From: Thermoplasmatota archaeon
GTDB lineage: Archaea; Thermoplasmatota; E2; UBA202; DSCA01
DNA: 53,019 bases
Assembly: GCA_046498345.1 (NCBI GenBank)
Contig: JAWOAW010000015.1
Coordinates: 1 to 53,019 of the forward strand
Direction of reading: 5' to 3'
The translations under genes were made by a program, and so were the position numbers. Shown one piece after another: positions 8,156 to 14,605 of this stretch (position 1 is its first letter; every line of letters begins with the position of its first letter). Under the pieces are notes generated by a model. That model did no database searches. It was not told where the DNA came from and saw nothing but the letters and a program-made list of their open reading frames with translations.

Positions 8156-8872
8156 CTAGTACTGTATCACGTAGTTGTCGCCATAACCAGCCCAATCCTT
8201 AGCTATCTCACCGCCGAGGAAAAAGTTCAGCGGGTCGAACCGGAATCGCAGGGCCGTCCAAGCATCCGTCTCGGACAAGACATCGCCAGGCTGCGGATTA
8301 CCAATTACCTGTTTATCGATTTTGAAGGTTACGATATTGTTTTCCAGGTCAAATGATCCTTCCACTTCCTCTCTAGGGCTTGGAGATTCCCCAGCACTGA
8401 AAGCTATATGCTCTCCGTTGGTATTCACATGGACACCGACACTCCACGCGGTATCGTGATATGTCCAGTGCATGGCGTAAATACATTTCTCCTTGATAAA
8501 TATCAAATCGCTGACCTCAACTGCAGTAAACAGGTAGCCAGGTTCAGATTCATCTTCATAAAACCATGCCGATACCACATCAATAGCATCCAGTGACTCT
8601 TTTCCAAATATCCCATAGACCACAAGGAAATTCAACGGTTTAGGCCTCGAAATCCAGACGTCCCCAGCATCATCCACTATCTCAGGGTCATCACCATCTA
8701 TTGGTACAGAGACATCTGTTTCCCCAGGTATATCCGCCTCTTGGATTGTATTATCTGCTTCGTCAGAGAGCAACCCCTGCATCAAAGGCCCAGCACCCAA
8801 AGAGGGAATCGTTGCAACGAGCAGGAACACAATTCCAAGTACAAACACGTTGTGCCTCACCCCTTTTTTCAT
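8156..8872 (-). CDS. Secreted protein of unknown function (islet cargo)
   Basis: Signal peptide MKKGVRHNVFVLGIVFLLVATIPSLGAG, then an acidic linker and a beta-rich body. I recognise no motif. Confidence 0.6.
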   Translation of the reverse strand: MKKGVRHNVFVLGIVFLLVATIPSLGAGPLMQGLLSDEADNTIQEADIPGETDVSVPIDGDDPEIVDDAGDVWISRPKPLNFLVVYGIFGKESLDAIDVVSAWFYEDESEPGYLFTAVEVSDLIFIKEKCIYAMHWTYHDTAWSVGVHVNTNGEHIAFSAGESPSPREEVEGSFDLENNIVTFKIDKQVIGNPQPGDVLSETDAWTALRFRFDPLNFFLGGEIAKDWAGYGDNYVIQY

Positions 8873-9086
8873 ATTAATTTACCTCCACATTTAAAACAAA
8901 AGCACATATATAAATCTTGCTAATATAACACACGGTATTAGTTTTATCACAATCATCCCACCTGATATATCCATGTGTTACGGTGCTACTTTATCGAGAT
9001 TCAAACTATTTAACGCAAAAAGTAAGCGGGATAATACCACTAACTTCCACATTCAGGCACATAGGACTCAGACTGCGTTTACTCTC

Positions 9087-9102
9087 TTTTTACTAGTAAA
9101 AA
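9087..9102. repeat. Perfect 16-nt palindrome TTTTTACTAGTAAAAA inside the right islet boundary
   Basis: Same TTTAC-NN-GTAAA arms as 5985-5996. It lies 35 nt from the tRNA 3' end. Confidence 0.6.
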
Positions 9103-9137
9103 TCTATCTGGCCTTGCTCGTTCTCTCGAAGGAAAAA

Positions 9138-9238
9138 TGTCGGGGGCGGGATCTGAACCCGCGACCTCCTGATGTCCCAGCGAACCCTTGAGCTGTGCTT
9201 ATGAGTCAGGCGCTCTAACCAGGCTGAGCCACCCCGAC
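9138..9238 (-). tRNA. tRNA-Met (or Ile2) anticodon CAU with a 26-nt canonical (37/38) intron
   Basis: Reverse strand: GUCGGGG-UG-GCUC-AGCCUGGUUA-GAGC-G-CCUGA-CUCAUA[AGCACAGCUCAAGGGUUCGCUGGGAC]A-UCAGG-AGGUC-GCGGG-UUCAGAU-CCCGC-CCCCGAC-A. All stems pair. Total length 101 nt, 75 nt after splicing. Confidence 0.9.
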
Positions 9239-9268
9239 AGATAGGTGCCGGCCGAGCCGGCATGCAGG

Positions 9269-9394
9269 TCAGCGTTTTTCGACGGTGTAGCCGCAGTGGG
9301 TGCACTTCCACTTTTCGTAGACATCGTGCTCGAAGGAGAACGGCACCAGTGAGCCATCCTCGCATTCTGGGCACGGCGGAAAGATGTTTGCTAT
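9269..9394 (-). CDS. Possible 41-aa zinc-ribbon mini-protein lacking a canonical start codon
   Basis: The frame reads (I)ANIFPPCPECEDGSLVPFSFEHDVYEKWKCTHCGYTVEKR*. CPxC...CxxC is a textbook zinc ribbon. No ATG/GTG/TTG precedes the first Cys pair after the upstream in-frame TGA (9404-9406). GGTGAT (9403-9398) precedes an ATA codon at 9394. Confidence 0.3.
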   Translation of the reverse strand: MANIFPPCPECEDGSLVPFSFEHDVYEKWKCTHCGYTVEKR

Positions 9395-9457
9395 CGTATC
9401 ACCTCAAAAGGGAAAAACGGTCTGTTTTTTAAACGTATCGCTCGGGGACAAGGTTTT

Positions 9458-10153
9458 ATGCCCGGCGGGCATTACACTTCCATGGATACGCCGGCTGTGG
9501 TTGTGAACGTCAAAACCTACCGGAAGGGCACCGGTGACCACGCTGTTTCGCTGGCCCGGACGATGCAGCAGGTGCACGAGGAGACCGGGGCCGCGCTGGC
9601 CATCGCGGTGCAGGCCGTCGACCTCCATCGGGTTGCACAGGCGGTCGACATCCCGGTTTTTGCGCAGCACATGGACGCCATCGGCTACGGCAGCCATACG
9701 GGCTGGACGCTGCCGGATGCGCTCGCCGCTGCGGGCGCGGACGGCGTGCTGCTCAACCATTCGGAGCATCGGCTCAGGGCCGACGTCATCGCTGCGGCGG
9801 TGAATCAAGCCGGCGAGCTCGGCCTGGACACCGTCGTCTGCGCTGACAGCCCCGATGTGGCGGGTGCGATGGCGGCGCTGCACCCTGGTTTTGTGGCGAT
9901 TGAGCCGCCGGAGCTCATCGGCGGAAATGTGTCGGTGACCTCGGCCGACCCTGGTGTTGTGGAGCGGTCGGTTGCCCGTGTGCAGCAGGTGGCACCCGGG
10001 GTGCAGGTGCTGTGCGGCGCCGGGGTGAAGACCGCCGGAGATATCTCGGCGGCTCTCGATTTGGGCACCGTCGGGGTTTTGCTGGCCAGCGGCGTGGTCA
10101 AGGCTGCCGAGCCGGAGATGGTGCTGCGGGAGCTCGCCGGGGCCGTGGTATGA
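9458..10153 (+). CDS. tpiA: Triosephosphate isomerase (archaeal type)
   Basis: VVNVKTYRKGTG, LLNHSEHRL, AIEPPELIGG, LCGAGVKT, GVLLASGVVKA. The alternative start at ATG 9482 (MDTPAVVVN) is equally likely. Confidence 0.9.
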   Translation: MPGGHYTSMDTPAVVVNVKTYRKGTGDHAVSLARTMQQVHEETGAALAIAVQAVDLHRVAQAVDIPVFAQHMDAIGYGSHTGWTLPDALAAAGADGVLLNHSEHRLRADVIAAAVNQAGELGLDTVVCADSPDVAGAMAALHPGFVAIEPPELIGGNVSVTSADPGVVERSVARVQQVAPGVQVLCGAGVKTAGDISAALDLGTVGVLLASGVVKAAEPEMVLRELAGAVV

Positions 10154-10806
10154 GGCCCTTTGTGCATGTAAACTGCGCGATGTCGGTGGACGGCAAGATC
10201 GCGCTGGCGAACCGGATGCAGACCCGTATCTCGGGTGAGGCGGACATGGCCCGGGTGCATCGGCTGCGTGACGGCTGCGATGCCATACTGGTTGGCGTGG
10301 GCACCGTGCTGACAGATGACCCCAAGCTGACGGTCAAAAAAAAATATGTGGAAACCGCGAGGCAGCCGCTGCGCGTGGTCCTGGACACCCGGCTGCGGAC
10401 GCCGTCGGATGCGGCGGTGATGAGCGACGCGGCACCGACGTTGATCGCCACCGGCGGACCGTCGTTTACCCGGGGCACGAGCGAGGCGGTGGCATGCGGC
10501 AACGGGCGGGTTGCGCTTCCGGCGGTGCTGTCGCTATTGCACGAGCGAGGCGTTGAACGGCTGCTGGTGGAGGGCGGTGGAACCGTTATCTATGCGTTTC
10601 TGAAAGAGCGGCTGGTCGACGTCATGACCGTGTACGTGGCCCCCATGGTCATCGGCGGCGCCGGGACGCCGACGGTGGCGGACGGCGACGGTGCGTCAAC
10701 ACCCGGGGATGTTGTCGGGCTGGCATTTGCTGATGCCGAGCGGCTGGGTGACGGGCTGCTGCTGACGCTGCATCCGTCAGTCGCCGAGGATCTGCACGAG
10801 GAGTGA
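10150..10806 (+). CDS. arfC: 2,5-diamino-6-(ribosylamino)-4(3H)-pyrimidinone 5'-phosphate reductase (archaeal RibD C-terminal-domain type)
   Basis: MRPFVHVNCAMSVDGKIA ... ILVGVGTVLTDDPKLTV ... RLLVEGGGTVIYAFL. ATGA overlap with tpiA. Confidence 0.8.
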   Translation: MRPFVHVNCAMSVDGKIALANRMQTRISGEADMARVHRLRDGCDAILVGVGTVLTDDPKLTVKKKYVETARQPLRVVLDTRLRTPSDAAVMSDAAPTLIATGGPSFTRGTSEAVACGNGRVALPAVLSLLHERGVERLLVEGGGTVIYAFLKERLVDVMTVYVAPMVIGGAGTPTVADGDGASTPGDVVGLAFADAERLGDGLLLTLHPSVAEDLHEE

Positions 10807-11193
10807 ACGCTGCCGGGGTTTGACGTCGCATTCCACGAAGACGACCTGCTGCCAGGTGCCGAGCTGCAGGGTGCCGTCTATGACGGGGACCGTCAGGCTG
10901 GGGCCGATGAGGCTGGCCCGGATGTGGGAGTGGCCGTTGCCGTCGTGCCAGCGTTCCTCATGCTGGTAGGTGACATCGCGGGGTGCGATGCGCTCCAGCG
11001 CCGCCGGCAGGTCCTGGAGTAATCCTGGCTCGTGTTCGATGGTGGTGACGGCGCCGGTTGAGCCGCTGTTGAAGATGCAGGCCATGCCGTTGTCTATGCC
11101 TGAGGCGTCGACGGCCTGCTGCGCCTGGGCTGTTATGTCGACGATGTCCATTTCCTCTGTTTGCACCTGGAGGGTGGCGGTGTAGGCTGCCAT
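10777..11193 (-). CDS. YjbQ/UPF0047 family protein (secondary thiamine-phosphate synthase-like)
   Basis: MAAYTATLQVQTEEMDIVDIT...TTIEHEPGLLQDL...ERWHDGNGHSHIRASLIGPS...GTWQQVVFVECD. Only the last 138 codons of track ORF 10777..12306 belong to this gene. Confidence 0.85.
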   Translation of the reverse strand: MAAYTATLQVQTEEMDIVDITAQAQQAVDASGIDNGMACIFNSGSTGAVTTIEHEPGLLQDLPAALERIAPRDVTYQHEERWHDGNGHSHIRASLIGPSLTVPVIDGTLQLGTWQQVVFVECDVKPRQRSLLVQILGD

Positions 11194-11268
11194 GCCGGTG
11201 TAACGGCGTGGCGTACAAAAATGTTGGCTGCACGGGCAAATCTTTAAAGCGGTGTGGCTTTCCCTGCC

Positions 11269-11760
11269 ATGAACGTTGGCAGAGACAGCTATGTGGCGCC
11301 GACCGCGGTGATGACCGGCGACGTGTCGGTGGGCGATCGGTGCAGCATATGGGAGCACGCGGTGATCCGGGCGGATCTTAACAGTGTCATCATTGGTGAC
11401 GATAGCAACGTGCAGGACTGCTGCGTGCTGCACGTGTCGCCGGACGACGGCATCGTCATCGGCACCGGGGTGTCGGTCGGCCATGGGGCCATCGTGCACG
11501 GCGCCCGGGTGGACGACGACTGCATCGTGGGCATCAACGCCACGGTGCTCAACGGCGTGCACGTCGAACCGGGATGCATCATCGCCGCGAACGCGGTGGT
11601 GCCGCCGGGAACCCATATCCCCTCCGGCAGCCTGGCAGCCGGGGTGCCGGCAAAGGTGGTCCGGCAGGACGAGGGCTTGCTGGACGCCATCCGGGAGAAC
11701 GCGGAGCACTATCAGTATCTGCGGAAACAGTATCTGGACGGGGCATACCGCCGCTTTTAG
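11269..11760 (+). CDS. Gamma-class carbonic anhydrase / hexapeptide-repeat family protein
   Basis: Left-handed beta-helix hexapeptide repeats (IWEHAVIRADLNSVIIGDDSNVQDCCVLH...GHGAIVHGARVDDDCIVGINATVLNG). Confidence 0.85.
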   Translation: MNVGRDSYVAPTAVMTGDVSVGDRCSIWEHAVIRADLNSVIIGDDSNVQDCCVLHVSPDDGIVIGTGVSVGHGAIVHGARVDDDCIVGINATVLNGVHVEPGCIIAANAVVPPGTHIPSGSLAAGVPAKVVRQDEGLLDAIRENAEHYQYLRKQYLDGAYRRF

Positions 11761-12884
11761 GGCTCGTAGCCCAGCATGTCGAACGCAAATTCCCATCGGC
11801 GGGCAACGCGCTCCTTCAGCCGGTCGTCGAGGGGATAATGGTGGGCCGTGATATGTGACTGCGACGTGATGTAGGCGGCAAACCGCTCCCGGCAGGCATC
11901 GAAGCCGTCGAGGGATAGCGCGTCGTAGATATGCTTGAGGTGCTCCAGCGGCTGCTGCACGAACTGCTCGTAGCCGACTTCGACGAGCTGTCCGTCGGGG
12001 ACACCCGGGCGGTGGGCGAGATAGCTCCGGTAGAGTTTTTCGTATACGTCGAGGATGGCCTCGCTCATCTGCTCTTGTGTGGGCGGTCGCTGCACCGTGT
12101 AGCGGGGGAGCACCGTGGTCATGAATTTCATCATGGAGGCGTAGACGTCGTAGGGGTTGCGCTTGATGTGGACAAAGCGGGCGTCGGGGAACATGTCCAG
12201 CAGCAATGGCAGCCGGGCCGTATTTGCGGGGTTTTTGAGTACCAGCCGGCGGCCGTCCCAGTAGCAGGTGAGCTTTTGGAGGAACCAGCGGTAGGTCTGG
12301 CGCCACATCTCCTGCATCCGGGGTGGCGCCTCGCCGAGGCAGACGGTGCGGTTGTAGTACCGCATGCTGCGGGGAAAAATCCAGCCGTTGTAGTAGGCGT
12401 AGGGGGTGAGCGAGCCGAGGGCGTATTCCTCCTCCTGCGGCAGGTCGGCCCCCATGGGCACCTCGTCCATGGGTCGTGTTTCAGGGATGCTGGCCGCCAC
12501 GATTGATTTCAGGCCCGGGTTGCCGAGGAAGGCGCCCGGCACCAGGGAGTGGAAGGTGGAGCAGTAGCCGAACTGCTCGTCGATGGAGAACAGGTTGTGG
12601 AGGTAGGTGGTGCCGCTCCGCCAGTGGCCAATGATGAACAATGGCTGCCGTGTTATCTCTGTGTTTTCGACGGTGCGGCCATACCGGGCGGTGTCCAGCA
12701 GGCGGAACGGCGCCATGATGGTGCTGATCAGCCCGGCGTAGAGCAGCCGGGGGAGATATCGGCCCGCGATGCGGAAACGGTTCTGTGCCAGGAGCCTGAG
12801 AAGCGTGGTAGTATTGGCGCCGGCCAGCGGCTCGTACATGACGTCGAACGGGTCTTCCCGGATATCCCACTGCATGACCATCAT
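11757..12884 (-). CDS. PAPS-dependent sulfotransferase family protein
   Basis: 5'-PSB loop IIGHWRSGTTYLHNL and a 3'-PB-like motif HIKRNPYDVYASM. The size (375 aa) is typical of the bacterial Sulfotransfer_3 type. Confidence 0.7.
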   Translation of the reverse strand: MMVMQWDIREDPFDVMYEPLAGANTTTLLRLLAQNRFRIAGRYLPRLLYAGLISTIMAPFRLLDTARYGRTVENTEITRQPLFIIGHWRSGTTYLHNLFSIDEQFGYCSTFHSLVPGAFLGNPGLKSIVAASIPETRPMDEVPMGADLPQEEEYALGSLTPYAYYNGWIFPRSMRYYNRTVCLGEAPPRMQEMWRQTYRWFLQKLTCYWDGRRLVLKNPANTARLPLLLDMFPDARFVHIKRNPYDVYASMMKFMTTVLPRYTVQRPPTQEQMSEAILDVYEKLYRSYLAHRPGVPDGQLVEVGYEQFVQQPLEHLKHIYDALSLDGFDACRERFAAYITSQSHITAHHYPLDDRLKERVARRWEFAFDMLGYEP

Positions 12885-12920
12885 TTTTGATGCACAGATG
12901 CTTTAAAATAGTTGCCGGCC

Positions 12921-12948
12921 ACCCGCACCCCTTCATTTCCACTGGAAC
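12921..12948 (+). promoter_or_regulatory. Conserved 28-nt motif, copy 1 (ACCCGCACCCCTTCATTTCCACTGGAAC)
   Basis: Lies in the divergent intergenic region between the sulfotransferase (start 12884) and GT4 (start 13017). Contains the palindrome TTCCACTGGAA (12937-12947). Confidence 0.6.
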
Positions 12949-13016
12949 TGCCGCAGAGATAGGCAGCGAGCTAACCTTAATAAGCGGAGTGGCATTCATC
13001 TGTAGCGAGGGACAGG

Positions 13017-14033
13017 ATGAAGGTCTGCATGGTCACCGGGCTGCAGCGGTTGGGCAGAATGCTGTCGTTTACCAGCGCCGGCGGGATGGGCACCCAGGTG
13101 CCGCTGCTGGCCGAGCGGCTCCGCAGCCGGGGCTTCGAGGTCGCCATCGACGACCCGACCGGATGCGATGTCATCCATCTGCACAACCCGATGCCCCAGT
13201 TCGTGCCGCTCATCCTCCGGGCAAAAAAGCGCGGCACGCCGGTCATCATCCACGCCCGCCATCTCCCCGAGCTGGTCAAGGGCGGCTTCAAGTTCGAATC
13301 AGTTATCCATCCCCTGTTCAACCGGTACTCACGCTGGCTGTACAACCAGGCCGACATGGTGATCTGCGCGACGCCCTACGTCCAGCGGTGGATGGAAGCC
13401 AACGACGTGACATCAGACCTGACGGTCATCCCCAACGGCGTCAACCGGGACATGTTCTCCTACAGCGACGAAAAACGACGACGTTTCAGAGAACAATATG
13501 ACGTCGGCGGTCAAACGGTGGTGTTCTCCGTCGGGCTGCTCATCCCCCGGAAGGGCGTCCGGGATTTCATCGAGACGGCTCGCCGGCTTGAGCCAGGCAA
13601 CGAATATGCCTTCCTGTGGGCCGGCTCCCGTGAGCCGGGGCTGGAACACGTCGACACATCGGATGCACCCGACAACGTCACCTTTCTCGGCCACGTACCA
13701 TTTGAACACATCGGCGACCTGTATGCCGGCGGCGACATTTTTTTCTTTCCCACCTACGCGGAGAGCTACGGCAACGTGCTCTTCGAGGCGGCCGCGGCGG
13801 AACGGGTGCTCCTCATTCGGGACATCGACATCTACCGGGACTGGCTGCAACATGAGGAAAACTGTCTGAAAGGCGACACCGTGGACGCATTCGCCGGGGA
13901 AATCGAGCGGGTGCAACGGGACGGCGAGCTCCGCCGGCGGCTTCAGCAGGGGGCCCGACGGCTGGCTGAAGAGCACGACATCTCCCACACGGTCGACCTG
14001 CTGGCCGAAACATACACCCGGCTGGTAGCATGA
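13017..14033 (+). CDS. Glycosyltransferase family 4 (GT-B fold)
   Basis: N-terminal GT4 domain and a C-terminal motif VVFSVGLLIPRKG...DIFFFPTYAESYGNVLFEAAAAERVLL (E-x7-E type). Confidence 0.85.
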   Translation: MKVCMVTGLQRLGRMLSFTSAGGMGTQVPLLAERLRSRGFEVAIDDPTGCDVIHLHNPMPQFVPLILRAKKRGTPVIIHARHLPELVKGGFKFESVIHPLFNRYSRWLYNQADMVICATPYVQRWMEANDVTSDLTVIPNGVNRDMFSYSDEKRRRFREQYDVGGQTVVFSVGLLIPRKGVRDFIETARRLEPGNEYAFLWAGSREPGLEHVDTSDAPDNVTFLGHVPFEHIGDLYAGGDIFFFPTYAESYGNVLFEAAAAERVLLIRDIDIYRDWLQHEENCLKGDTVDAFAGEIERVQRDGELRRRLQQGARRLAEEHDISHTVDLLAETYTRLVA

Positions 14034-14605
14034 TCGGCGACGTCATCGTCGACTTCTTCAGCGGCTTCGGCGGCCTGGGCCTCATCATCGCGCTCTACCT
14101 GATATTCCTGATCGACAGCATGGTGTTCCCGGCGCTCCCCGACTTTTTTCTCCTGATGATATACGCCACCGACCCGCACAATCTGCCCTGGGCGCTCACC
14201 CTGTTCTGCGTGGCGGTCGCCGGTAGCTTTTCCGGGAACACCCTGCTCTACCTGGTCGTCAAAAAAGCCTCGGTACCCGGCTTCATCGCCCGGGTGATGC
14301 AGAAGTACAGCGACCTGCTCATCGTCAACGACGAGCGCATTCTGCTCATCAACCGCGTGGCCCCCGTACTGCCCTACACGGGGGCGTTCATCGCCGTCAA
14401 CAACTGGCGCTACAGTCTGTCCATCACCTACATCGTGGCCGGGGCCGCCGCAAAGTTCGGCGTCCTGCTGATGCTCTCCGGCACCTTCTACCGGCTGTTC
14501 AAGCAGGGTGTGGCGCAGAACGCGACGCTGGCGCTCATCGTCATCACCATCGCCGTCAGCCTTGCCGCCTCATACGTCGAAAAACGACGGTTACGCCGGC
14601 GTTAG
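14030..14605 (+). CDS. DedA/VTT (SNARE-associated) family membrane protein
   Basis: Polytopic membrane protein of 191 aa. ATGA overlap with GT4. The family call is tentative, based on size and pattern. Confidence 0.55.
   Translation: MIGDVIVDFFSGFGGLGLIIALYLIFLIDSMVFPALPDFFLLMIYATDPHNLPWALTLFCVAVAGSFSGNTLLYLVVKKASVPGFIARVMQKYSDLLIVNDERILLINRVAPVLPYTGAFIAVNNWRYSLSITYIVAGAAAKFGVLLMLSGTFYRLFKQGVAQNATLALIVITIAVSLAASYVEKRRLRRR

Larger units (their letters stand above)
5957..9161. mobile_element. AT-rich integrated islet (remnant integrative element) at the 3' end of tRNA-Met(CAU), bounded by 26-nt direct repeats; no integrase
   Basis: There is an abrupt composition shift. The direct repeats are 5957-5982 and 9136-9161 (23/26 identical), and the right copy is the genuine tRNA 3' end. 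Matching palindromes lie inside both ends. The cargo is three signal-peptide proteins. Confidence 0.65.

Noticed and set aside
5957-9161. Integrase, transposase or Cas genes inside the AT-rich islet
   Set aside because: I looked in all six frames. Only the three secreted-protein genes have credible coding character, so the element cannot be called an autonomous mobile element.
10777-12306. 509-aa minus-strand ORF
   Set aside because: Only the last 138 codons (YjbQ, 10777..11193) look like protein. The upstream part is Arg/Pro/His-rich and runs antisense to the gamma-CA gene and out of frame through the sulfotransferase gene.
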